Part shown: positions 38,245 through 47,194 of the stretch, piece after piece
Layout of the letters: each line of letters opens with the position of its first letter
Numbering within the stretch: position 1 is the first letter of the stretch
DNA from: a bacterium
GTDB taxonomy: Bacteria; Patescibacteriota; CPR2; UBA1875; JAJYID01
NCBI GenBank assembly: GCA_030647205.1
Contig: JAUSJO010000008.1
Location: 28,770 to 92,769 of the forward strand
Length of the DNA stretch: 64,000 bases
Direction: 5' to 3'
The notes under the pieces: generated by a model
The model's input: only the letters and a program-made list of their open reading frames with translations
The model's database searches: none
Told to the model about the DNA's origin: nothing
Program-made: the position numbers and the translations under genes

Positions 38245-39488
38245 TGGTGGAAACAACAAATGTTCCCAAACTTAGGTTTAAGGAATTTAAGGATGCGTGG
38301 CAAACTCCTACGTTTGGTACTGTATTTGAACGTGTAACTACGAAAAACAAAGAAAATAACCAAAATATCCTAACAATTTCAGCTCAGGATGGACTAATCG
38401 GCCAAGATAAATTTTTTACTAAACTAGTCTCCGCTAAGGATGTGACTGGCTATTATCTATTACGAAAAAATGACTTTGCTTACAATAAGAGTTATTCAAA
38501 GGGTTACCCCATGGGGGCGATAAAGAGACTTTTCAAAGATAACGCTGGAGTTGTATCAACTTTGTACATCTGCTTTAGATCGAAAGAACCGAGAAGCATT
38601 ATATTTTATGAGCAGTATTTTGATGCTGGGAAATTAAATATTGAGATTGAAAAGATAGCGCAAGAAGGGGCAAGGAATCATGGCTTATTAAACATGAGTG
38701 TTGTTGATTTTTTTAAAATGTCTATCTTAAGACCAAACATTACAGAACAAGAAAAGATTGCGGGGTTTTTGGGGAGTGTTGATGAGAAAATTGGGAAATT
38801 GGAAGAGAAGAAAAAGCAGTTTGAGAAATATAAAAAAGGTGTAATGCAGGCGATTTTCTCGCAAAAAATCCGCTTTAAAGATAAGACTGGAATGGAATTT
38901 CCGGATTGGGAGGAAAAGGAATTGGGTGAAATCGGTAAGACATACAACGGACTAACCGGTAAATCTGCGGAAGACTTTGGAAAAGGGTTTCCATATATTA
39001 CTTATAAGCAAATTTTTGACGGCTCTAATGTAGATGTTTCAAAATGTAGTTTTGTGAACATTAAAGAAAATGAAGCACAAAGTAAAGCGAAGAAAGGTGA
39101 CGTGTTTTTTACTACATCTTCTGAGACGCCCCTAGAAGTTGGTTTTTCCTCAGTCTTGTTAGAAGATGTTGAGGATGTGTATCTTAATAGTTTTTGTTTC
39201 GGATTTAGACTGTTTGATAATAAAAAAACTTTGCCATATTTTCTAAAGTTCTTATTTAGAAGCGAGTATTTTAGAAGAAAAACAATAAGATTAGCACAAG
39301 GTAGTACTAGATATAATATCTCAAAAATTGGTCTTTTAAAAACAATTATTCAAATACCGGATTCAGAAGAACAGGGGAAAATCGCCGAATTTTTGACAAG
39401 CTTGGATGATAAAATTGATTTAATAAATAAGGAGTTGGGGAAGGTTAAAGAATTCAAAAAAGCCCTTCTCCAGCAGATGTTTGTGTGA
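38241..39488 (+). CDS. hsdS: type I R-M specificity subunit
   Basis: VPKLRFKEF, two TRDs, EQEKIA/EQGKIA, KKALLQQMFV. Confidence 0.95.
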   Translation: MMVETTNVPKLRFKEFKDAWQTPTFGTVFERVTTKNKENNQNILTISAQDGLIGQDKFFTKLVSAKDVTGYYLLRKNDFAYNKSYSKGYPMGAIKRLFKDNAGVVSTLYICFRSKEPRSIIFYEQYFDAGKLNIEIEKIAQEGARNHGLLNMSVVDFFKMSILRPNITEQEKIAGFLGSVDEKIGKLEEKKKQFEKYKKGVMQAIFSQKIRFKDKTGMEFPDWEEKELGEIGKTYNGLTGKSAEDFGKGFPYITYKQIFDGSNVDVSKCSFVNIKENEAQSKAKKGDVFFTTSSETPLEVGFSSVLLEDVEDVYLNSFCFGFRLFDNKKTLPYFLKFLFRSEYFRRKTIRLAQGSTRYNISKIGLLKTIIQIPDSEEQGKIAEFLTSLDDKIDLINKELGKVKEFKKALLQQMFV

Positions 39489-41128
39489 TGATTATCAAAC
39501 TTTTAAATAATTCTGATAAAAACCTATTTGTTGGTTTGGCTGGTCCTGGAACTGGGAAAAGCCATACTTTTAAGACTATTATTAATTCAGGTGAATTTAA
39601 GGGCAAGAAGATACTTATATTATCGTTTATTAACAAATTAGTTAACGACCTAGAAAGAGAGTTCGATGATTTTGACAATGTTAGAGTTTCCACACTACAT
39701 TCGTTTGCGTTGCAGAAGTACAAGAACTTGTTTCGTGAAACAACAATAGAGCTCGAACAAGACCTAGACGGTTTGATAAGTGAAGATTATTTCTATATTA
39801 ATAAAGAGAAAATTAGTTACGAAGCAAGGCTATGCGAGGGTAATCTTGATAAAGAGGAGGAGGAGTTTTATTTGGGGCGGGCTGAATTTTATAGCAATGA
39901 AGGGAAACTTTATTCTTTCAACTCAATAATTCATGCAGTCAACAGTATCTTCTCAAACAATAACGATAAGATCCCAGATGAATATGACTTAATACTCGTA
40001 GATGAGTTTCAGGACTTTAATCAACTAGAATATAACTTGATCAAGTTGTTGAACAAGAAAAATAAAGTTATCTTAGTCGGTGACGATGATCAGTCCTTGT
40101 ATGACTGGAAGCACGCACGGCCAGAGCTAATACGTGCACTATATAATCATGAAGGAACAGGTGAATTTTCGTTAGACTTCTGCTACAGATGCACACAAGT
40201 TGTTGTTGACGCGGTAAATAGCCTGATATCAAACGCGAAGAGTGATGGTTACCTTCAAGATAGAGCAGATGAGAAGAAATTTCTATATCCCACAGAAAGG
40301 ACTGATGACAAGAATGAAATAAGCGCAAAACATTCTTGTATCGATTTTGTTTCGGGGGTGAGTGGCCATCAATTGATATACCAGCTAGCGACAAGAATAC
40401 GAAAAGAAGTAGAAGAACATAATGGCGGCAGAGTACTTGTATTAGTTCCATCTTTTCTTAAACAATCAATTTATGAAGGTCTTTCTGGGGAGGGTTTTAA
40501 TGTAGTTGAGTTTGAATTATTTGGGAATGAAGGACGCAATAAGATAAAACACAAGTATCTAATTGAGGCATTTAAAACGTTAGCTATAAGAAAAACAGAT
40601 AACTTAATGTTAAGGAAGATAATTCCGTTATATCTATCGGACTCTGAAATTAGAAAACTAATAATAAATTGTGATAATCTCCAAAAGAAAATATGGTACG
40701 TTTTGGATGGAGAAACAAAAGTTCGCATTGAGCAAGATATAGCATTGTTTAAAAAAGCAAAGCAAGGAAAGACTGAACTAACGGCCGATGAGTTGAAGAG
40801 ATTTAGTGAAATATTTAACCTAAAGAATTTAATATCAAAGATGATAAAAGGTTTTGCGCCGAATACTCGGGGCGCTATAGAGGTTGAGATGACAACAGTG
40901 ATGAGCTCTAAAGGACTTTCGGCTGATTTCGTGTATTATATTGGGGTTGATGATTATATTATGCTTGATAAAGAAACAGGCGAGCTAACTGACCAAAAAA
41001 TCTGTGAGTTTCTAGTTGGGATAACAAGAGCGAAGAAAAAACTAACATTATTCTCAGCAAATGAGGGCGAGCCAGTAATACTGAAATTTATTGATAGTAA
41101 ATTCGTGAGGAGAAGTAAAACCAAATGA
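39485..41128 (+). CDS. short UvrD-like SF1 helicase
   Basis: AGPGTGKS, STLHSFA, DEFQDF, VGDDDQSLY, YRC, SKGLS, VGITRAK. Confidence 0.85.
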   Translation: MMIIKLLNNSDKNLFVGLAGPGTGKSHTFKTIINSGEFKGKKILILSFINKLVNDLEREFDDFDNVRVSTLHSFALQKYKNLFRETTIELEQDLDGLISEDYFYINKEKISYEARLCEGNLDKEEEEFYLGRAEFYSNEGKLYSFNSIIHAVNSIFSNNNDKIPDEYDLILVDEFQDFNQLEYNLIKLLNKKNKVILVGDDDQSLYDWKHARPELIRALYNHEGTGEFSLDFCYRCTQVVVDAVNSLISNAKSDGYLQDRADEKKFLYPTERTDDKNEISAKHSCIDFVSGVSGHQLIYQLATRIRKEVEEHNGGRVLVLVPSFLKQSIYEGLSGEGFNVVEFELFGNEGRNKIKHKYLIEAFKTLAIRKTDNLMLRKIIPLYLSDSEIRKLIINCDNLQKKIWYVLDGETKVRIEQDIALFKKAKQGKTELTADELKRFSEIFNLKNLISKMIKGFAPNTRGAIEVEMTTVMSSKGLSADFVYYIGVDDYIMLDKETGELTDQKICEFLVGITRAKKKLTLFSANEGEPVILKFIDSKFVRRSKTK

Positions 41129-43986
41129 CAGCACAATCAGAACAAGCATTAGAGAATAGTTTAGTCAAACAGCTCGAGGGGATGAGATACGAGCGGGTTG
41201 TTATTTATGACGAGGAAATGCTCTTTGTGAACCTGAAGATTCAGCTGGAAAAACACAATGGTATAAAGCTGAGCGATAAAGAGTTTGAGAGGATTCTAAA
41301 TCATTTGGACAAAGGGAATGTTTTTGATCGGGCGAAGATATTGCGAGACAAGATGCATCTGGTTCGAGATGATGGCATGAGTGCATACATAGAGTTTCTA
41401 AACACTCGAGAGTGGTGCCAGAACGAGTTTCAGGTGGCAAATCAGATCACAAATACGGGTGAGTATAAGACTAGGTATGATGTAACTATTTTGATCAACG
41501 GACTCCCTCTGGTTCAGATAGAGCTAAAAAGAAGAGGACTGGAGCTAAAGGAAGCTTTCAACCAAGTAAATCGATATCGCCGGCACTCATACACCGCTGC
41601 TCGTGGTCTTTTCCAGTACATTCAAATCTTTGTTATTAGCAACGGAGTAAATACAAAGTACTATGCGAACACGGTGAGCTACATGACAGACAAGAAGCAG
41701 TCCTTCAAACAAACATTTTTCTGGGCCAATAAGAGTAATAAGAACATAAAAAAGCTGGATGATTTTGCCAAGATATTTCTGGAGAGATGCCATCTGGCGA
41801 AGATGATTACAAAGTACACAGTACTTTCTGAAGCGGACAAGATTCTGATGGTTTTGCGACCTTATCAGTACTATGCGGTTGAAGCGATAGTTGATCGAGT
41901 AAAGAACTCGAAAAAGAATGGTTATATCTGGCACACCACTGGAAGCGGCAAGACATTGACAGCATTTAAGGCGAGCCAGACCTTGATAGATTCACCCGAT
42001 GTCTATAAAGTCGTTTTTGTCGTCGATCGGAACGATTTGGATTACCAGACGATAAAAGAGTTTAATAAGTTCAGAGCGGGAAGTGTTGACGGAACTGATA
42101 ATACTCGGATGCTGGTGAAGCAGTTCGAAGATGAGACGAATGACGCAAAACTGATCGTGACGACCATACAAAAGATTAATACTGCTATCAGTAAAGAACG
42201 ACATCTGAAGAAAATGGAAAAGCATAAAGACAAGAAAATAGTCTTTATTTTCGATGAGTGCCACAGGAGCCAGTTTGGTGAGACGCACAAAAGGATTACT
42301 CAGTATTTTCAGAATTATCAAATGTTTGGCTTTACCGGTACACCGATATTCGCCGAGAACGCTGTGGGTTCTGGGGCTGACAAAAAGACAACTGCCCAGC
42401 TTTTCGATGAGTGTCTGCATAAATATGTGATTACCGATGCGATATCTGATGAAAATGTTTTACGATTTCTAGTAGAGTATGTGGGTAGATACAGGAGAAA
42501 GGCAGATAGTGAGAACGACATAGATATAGAGGTTGAAGGGATTGATACAAAAGAGCTCATGGAATCGTCTAAGAGGATTGAAAAGATTACCGACTACATA
42601 ATCGCAAACCATGATAGAAAAACTCATTCCAAAGAATTTACGGCTATGTTTTGTACCTCGAGTATTGATGTTTTGACAAGATATTATGAAACTTTCAGGA
42701 AGAAGAAAGAAGCGGGAGAGCATAATCTAAAAATCGCCACAATCTTTAGTTTTGCCGCAAATGAGGAAGATAAAGACGCTGATGGAATGATAGGTGAGGC
42801 GGATGTTGATATAGAAAAGGACCAGCCTATCAATAAACACTCAAGGGATAAGCTCGAAGAATACATCGGTGATTACAATAAAATGTTTGGTACTAACTTC
42901 ACAACAAAAGACAACACCAGCTTTTATAACTATTATAAAAATATTGCACAGAGAGTGAAGGAAAGGGACATTGATATTTTAATAGTGGTAAACATGTTTC
43001 TGACCGGATTTGACGCGAAAACTTTAAATACTCTATATGTTGATAAAAACTTGCGATATCACGGACTGATCCAGGCTTACTCAAGGACAAACAGAATATT
43101 AAATGAACGTAAGTCGCATGGCAACATTGTAGTTTTTAGAAACTTAAAGAAGGCGACCGACCGAGCCGTAGCCCTCTTTAGCAATAAAGATGCAAAGGAA
43201 ATAATATTTTTAGAACCATATAAAAAATATGTTGAGCAATTCAATGGTGTTTTGCTCGACTTAAGGAATTTGGCACCCACACCGGACTATGTGGATGATC
43301 TAGTTAGTGAAACAGATCAGCTAGTTTTCGTAACTACATTTAGAGAATTAACTCGTTTGAAAAATGTTTTAACTACTTTTGCTGACTTTTCTTTCTCAGA
43401 TACAAGGATATCGGAGCAAGAATTTGAGGATTACAAAAGTAAGTATCTAGATATATATGACAAAGTTAAGAGCGATAATGAGCATGAAAAAGTTTCTATC
43501 TTAGATGATGTTGATTTTGAAATTGAGTTAATAAGAAGGGATGAAATAAACATTGATTACATCTTGAGACTCCTTGCTTTATATATTGACGCAGATGAAA
43601 CAGAGCGTAAGCGTATCGTGAAAAACGTTTCAGATATCATGTCAGGAGATTTAGCTCTAAGAAGCAAGAAGGAATTAATTGAAAAGTTCATAGAAGAGAA
43701 CATTCCTGAAATTAAAGATTCGACAGAAGTGGATGGCGCTTTTGAAGAGTTTTGGCGAGAAGAACAATTGAAAGAATTTGAGAAGATTTGTAAAGAAGAA
43801 GGCTTAATGGATGAAATGCTGCAGAAGGTAATAGATAGATATTTATACACGGGGCTTAAGCCAAAAAGGCATGATTTGGCAAAAACATTGAAAACCCAGC
43901 CAAAAGTTCTAGAGAGGGACAATATAATCAAAAGGATTGGGAAGAAAGTAGATAAATTCATCGAAACGTTTTTGGATGGGGTGTAA
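41125..43986 (+). CDS. hsdR: type I R-M restriction subunit
   Basis: RYDVTILINGLPLVQIELK, WHTTGSGKT, DECHRS, FTGTP, MFLTGFD, QAYSRTNR. Confidence 0.96.
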   Translation: MTAQSEQALENSLVKQLEGMRYERVVIYDEEMLFVNLKIQLEKHNGIKLSDKEFERILNHLDKGNVFDRAKILRDKMHLVRDDGMSAYIEFLNTREWCQNEFQVANQITNTGEYKTRYDVTILINGLPLVQIELKRRGLELKEAFNQVNRYRRHSYTAARGLFQYIQIFVISNGVNTKYYANTVSYMTDKKQSFKQTFFWANKSNKNIKKLDDFAKIFLERCHLAKMITKYTVLSEADKILMVLRPYQYYAVEAIVDRVKNSKKNGYIWHTTGSGKTLTAFKASQTLIDSPDVYKVVFVVDRNDLDYQTIKEFNKFRAGSVDGTDNTRMLVKQFEDETNDAKLIVTTIQKINTAISKERHLKKMEKHKDKKIVFIFDECHRSQFGETHKRITQYFQNYQMFGFTGTPIFAENAVGSGADKKTTAQLFDECLHKYVITDAISDENVLRFLVEYVGRYRRKADSENDIDIEVEGIDTKELMESSKRIEKITDYIIANHDRKTHSKEFTAMFCTSSIDVLTRYYETFRKKKEAGEHNLKIATIFSFAANEEDKDADGMIGEADVDIEKDQPINKHSRDKLEEYIGDYNKMFGTNFTTKDNTSFYNYYKNIAQRVKERDIDILIVVNMFLTGFDAKTLNTLYVDKNLRYHGLIQAYSRTNRILNERKSHGNIVVFRNLKKATDRAVALFSNKDAKEIIFLEPYKKYVEQFNGVLLDLRNLAPTPDYVDDLVSETDQLVFVTTFRELTRLKNVLTTFADFSFSDTRISEQEFEDYKSKYLDIYDKVKSDNEHEKVSILDDVDFEIELIRRDEINIDYILRLLALYIDADETERKRIVKNVSDIMSGDLALRSKKELIEKFIEENIPEIKDSTEVDGAFEEFWREEQLKEFEKICKEEGLMDEMLQKVIDRYLYTGLKPKRHDLAKTLKTQPKVLERDNIIKRIGKKVDKFIETFLDGV

Positions 43987-44049
43987 AAATTTCTAAGCAA
44001 GCTCTCAGCTTTATCTTCCTAAATAGGTAAATTTAAAAATCTACCGATT

Positions 44050-44129
44050 TTTTGTGCTAGAATATTCTTATGTCAAATGCATTTCGGAAAATCATTGAGT
44101 TTATAAAGGCGAAAAAGATAAAATTATGA
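44050..44129 (+). pseudogene. duplicated promoter and 5' remnant of gene 45453 (direct repeat)
   Basis: 44050-44120 vs 45433-45503: 68/71 identical; reads MSNAFRKIIEFIKAKKIKL*. Confidence 0.85.
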
Positions 44130-44174
44130 GTAAGTTAACTGAAATTAGTTTTTGAGCTCAAATTTTGAATAATT

Positions 44175-44243
44175 AGTATATCCTTCTTGACAAATAGTAT
44201 ACTAAAACGTAAAATAGTATACATAAATAAATTAAAGTAAACT
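44175..44243 (+). promoter_or_regulatory. sigma70 promoter overlapped by phased AGTATACT-like boxes
   Basis: TTGACA 44187 -17- TAAAAT 44210; boxes at 44175, 44196, 44216, 44236. Confidence 0.7.
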
Positions 44244-44246
44244 ATA

Positions 44247-45380
44247 ATGAAAATTGAAATAGGTAAATTCGTAAGCCAACCAAGAGGGTATAAGTCCTTT
44301 GTCACCAATCCCTTTCCTCCTAAGGGTATTTTTGGCTTTCCTGCTAAAACGCTTGTGAAGGCAGATAAGGCTACTAGGCTTGTCGGTAAGCTGGATGGTG
44401 TTACACACGAGTTGCCGGATGTGGACTTCTTCCTATATATGTTTATTATTAAGGATGCTGAGGCATCCTCTCAAATAGAAGGAACAAAAGCAACAATCGT
44501 TGATGTTTTAGAGGCCAATGCTGGGATAGCGCCAAAAGAGACAGATTCAAGCGATATTGACTTTTATATTGAGGCCTTAAATTATGGGATTGTAAGAATA
44601 AAAAAGTTACCCCTGTCCTTGAGATTTATTAGAGAGTTACACTCTAAACTTATGACGGGTGCAAGAGCGACTCATTTTTCAGATCCTGGCAACTTTCGAA
44701 ATTCTCAAAACTGGATAGGTGGTGCTACGTTGTCTGATGCGAGTTACGTTCCACCAGCTGTTACTGATATGAATCCAGCTCTCAGTGATTTGGAAAAATT
44801 TTTACACAATGAGGAAGTATTGCCATTAATCCAGGCAGCTATTGCTCATGCTCAGTTTGAGACGATTCATCCTTTTCTTGATGGTAATGGTAGAACCGGT
44901 CGACTTCTTATCACCCTTTTGTTATTGGAAAGGAAGTTATTAGATAAACCGGTATTATTTCTTTCTTGGTATTTTAAAAAACATCAAAAGGTCTATTATC
45001 AGAAACTCGGCGATTACCATGATGGTAAGGTGGATGAATGGGTTAATTTTTTCCTAGATGGGGTGATCGAAACCGCCGAAGATTCCATTAGAATCAGCAA
45101 GAAGATTTTTCAATTAAGGGAAGAAGATATGTGCAAGATTCATGCCCTTGGCAAACGAGAAGCTGAGAGTGGCATTTTGGTATTGAGAAATTTATTTAAG
45201 ATGCCAATCATAAATTCCAGAATAGTTATGGGATGGACCGGCTTCACTAGAGCAGGATCTATAAAACTGATAGAGCGCTTTGTAAGTCTTGGGATATTGA
45301 TCGAGAGAAAAACAGAAGGTAAGGAAAAAGTTTATTCATATGTAAATTATTTAAAAGCGTTTACTAGGGATAACAAATAA
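44247..45380 (+). CDS. Fic family protein with N-terminal autoinhibitory motif and probable C-terminal wHTH
   Basis: SSQIEG; HPFLDGNGRTGR. Confidence 0.93.
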   Translation: MKIEIGKFVSQPRGYKSFVTNPFPPKGIFGFPAKTLVKADKATRLVGKLDGVTHELPDVDFFLYMFIIKDAEASSQIEGTKATIVDVLEANAGIAPKETDSSDIDFYIEALNYGIVRIKKLPLSLRFIRELHSKLMTGARATHFSDPGNFRNSQNWIGGATLSDASYVPPAVTDMNPALSDLEKFLHNEEVLPLIQAAIAHAQFETIHPFLDGNGRTGRLLITLLLLERKLLDKPVLFLSWYFKKHQKVYYQKLGDYHDGKVDEWVNFFLDGVIETAEDSIRISKKIFQLREEDMCKIHALGKREAESGILVLRNLFKMPIINSRIVMGWTGFTRAGSIKLIERFVSLGILIERKTEGKEKVYSYVNYLKAFTRDNK

Positions 45381-45452
45381 TAAAGTAATTAGCAAACTCT
45401 CAGCTTTATCTCTTATTACTCATTAAAAACAATTTTGCGCTAGAATATTCTT

Positions 45453-46304
45453 ATGTCAAATGCATTTCGGAAAATCATTGAGTTTATAGAGGCGAAGAAG
45501 ATATTGGTTATTGTTTGTGCCTTGGCGTTAGTCATTATTGTCATTGCAACAACTGTGGTTTTGATCAAAAGATCTCCAGAGAAAAAATCAGAAGAGTTTA
45601 GAGATGTTCCAAAAATTGCCGAAACAAGGGTTGATGAAAGTGCCAGTCAGTGGCCGAGTACAAGCGCGAAGTACATTACCGCTGTGCCGGTAGACCTGAG
45701 CCAGATACAAAGTATTTCTAAGTATCGCAGTTGTGCGGGGCATGACTTTGCCGGGTATAGTTTTGAGCAGGTACAGGAAGCTAATCGCTCAATGAAGCAC
45801 TATGTCTATCCGACTCCGCAGTTTCAGGGGACGACTGACAAGGTCAAGGTGTTTGCTCCTTTTGACGGAGTGGTTTCAAAAGTTGAGCTTGAGAGTGAGG
45901 TAGCCGGTCAGCCCGGCAAGCGCCCTAAAACAGGAAATAGCATCACTTTTTCAACTGAGGTTGATAAAAATGTTGGTTTTGAGTTTAGTCACGTCTACTT
46001 CGCGGGAGATTTTAAAGTTGGTGACAAGGTGAAGGCGGGCGAACTGATCGGTTATGCCGCTCTAGGTGACAAGGGCAACGATTTTGACCTCGTACTTTCC
46101 GGGACGCGCCTAAAGAACGAGAAGGCATATGGTAGCGCTTTTGACCACATGACAGATAGCGTCCTCGCAGAGTTTGCCAAGTATGGTGTAACGCCTGAAA
46201 ATAATAAGTTTACTAAAGAATATCGAGATGCTAATCCCTGTGACTTCACTCAGCAACAACAAAGAGGTCGTACGGGCGCTGACTGGCTCCAGCTAAAACA
46301 CTGA
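45453..46304 (+). CDS. membrane-anchored protein with degenerate M23/LytM-like fold
   Basis: N-terminal TM; VFAPFDGVV, FSHV, KVGDKVKAGELIG. Confidence 0.6.
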   Translation: MSNAFRKIIEFIEAKKILVIVCALALVIIVIATTVVLIKRSPEKKSEEFRDVPKIAETRVDESASQWPSTSAKYITAVPVDLSQIQSISKYRSCAGHDFAGYSFEQVQEANRSMKHYVYPTPQFQGTTDKVKVFAPFDGVVSKVELESEVAGQPGKRPKTGNSITFSTEVDKNVGFEFSHVYFAGDFKVGDKVKAGELIGYAALGDKGNDFDLVLSGTRLKNEKAYGSAFDHMTDSVLAEFAKYGVTPENNKFTKEYRDANPCDFTQQQQRGRTGADWLQLKH

Positions 46305-46717
46305 CATTCCAATATTCTCAAGAATGTAAGAATGTCGTTTTTTTGTTTCTGTATACTTGTTTCGCCACACATATTCCAATATTCTTGAGAATGTAAGAAT
46401 ATTTTTTGGAGGGATTATGAAGAAAACACCAAGACAACTTGAAAGACATTTAAAGGGTCTGGCAAATCATAGGCGCATTGAGATCCTGGACTGTATCGCC
46501 AGAAATGACGGGATAATACTAGAGTCAATCGCCGAGCACTTGGAGTGTAATGTAAAAACAATTTCAGAGCACACAAGAAGGTTGTATCAGGCTGGACTCG
46601 TAAACAAAAAGTATCACGGAAGGGCAGTAATGCACTCACTTTCTCCATATGGTAAGCAGTTTTATAGCTTCATAAAAAAGTTCTAACATTCCAACATTCT
46701 GGAGAATGTGAGAATGT
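46304..46717. repeat. three 32-bp palindromes (46304-46335, 46371-46402, 46686-46717)
   Basis: consensus AYATTCCAAYATTCT-NN-AGAATGTRAGAATRT. Confidence 0.9.
46417..46686 (+). CDS. ArsR-like winged-HTH protein
   Basis: KGLANHRRIEIL, IAEHL..NVKTISEH...L..AGLV; GGAGG RBS. Confidence 0.85.
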   Translation: MKKTPRQLERHLKGLANHRRIEILDCIARNDGIILESIAEHLECNVKTISEHTRRLYQAGLVNKKYHGRAVMHSLSPYGKQFYSFIKKF

Positions 46718-46849
46718 TAGTTCTAAGTAAGATTTTAGTCGTATCTTGAAAGTTTATTGTAAAAACGCTCAATGAAAAACATCGAGCATATGTTAGTATT
46801 TGTATAATATATGTTGGTTTCTTTAAACTATAAGTGAAGGGAGATAAAA

Positions 46850-47089
46850 ATGACTGAAGAAGAAGACAAAGAAAAAAGAAAAGAGCGTATTGATGAACAA
46901 GAGAGAGCAAAAGAGAGGGCAAGCGAAAGAGAAGTGGAGCGGATCAATATACAAGAAAGAGAAAAGCATCGATTGAATGAGAAAGAAGCGGATCGGATTG
47001 CAACAAAAGAGCGTGAAATACATCGATTAAATGAAAAAGAGGCAGAGCGAATTCGTATTAAAGAGCGGGATAGAAATCGCCGCCGCTGA
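46850..47089 (+). CDS. E/R/K-rich repetitive helical peptide
   Basis: GAAGGGAG RBS; HRLNEKEA(D/E)RI occurs twice. Confidence 0.5.
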   Translation: MTEEEDKEKRKERIDEQERAKERASEREVERINIQEREKHRLNEKEADRIATKEREIHRLNEKEAERIRIKERDRNRRR

Positions 47090-47118
47090 AGTTTGTGTTT
47101 TTAAATAAGTGAAAACAA

Positions 47119-47149
47119 AAAAGAGGCGGCCTTGTGGGGCCGCCTCTTG
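47119..47149. terminator. terminator between convergent genes
   Basis: aagaggcggcc-ttgtgg-ggccgcctctt. Confidence 0.8.
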
Positions 47150-47194
47150 TAGTAGCTTTGCTACTTAAGTTGCGATCATGTCTGGCGACATGAT

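Noticed and set aside
39728-39743. parS-like palindrome ttgtttcgtgaaacaa
   Set aside because: Two nt shorter than the TGTTTCACGTGAAACA consensus and inside an accessory CDS; probably chance.
39485-41128. Gabija system
   Set aside because: No GajA-like OLD ATPase/TOPRIM gene is adjacent.
46304-46717. Palindromic repeats as a CRISPR array
   Set aside because: Only three copies; the first gap (35 nt) is spacer-sized but the second contains a whole gene; no cas genes in the window.
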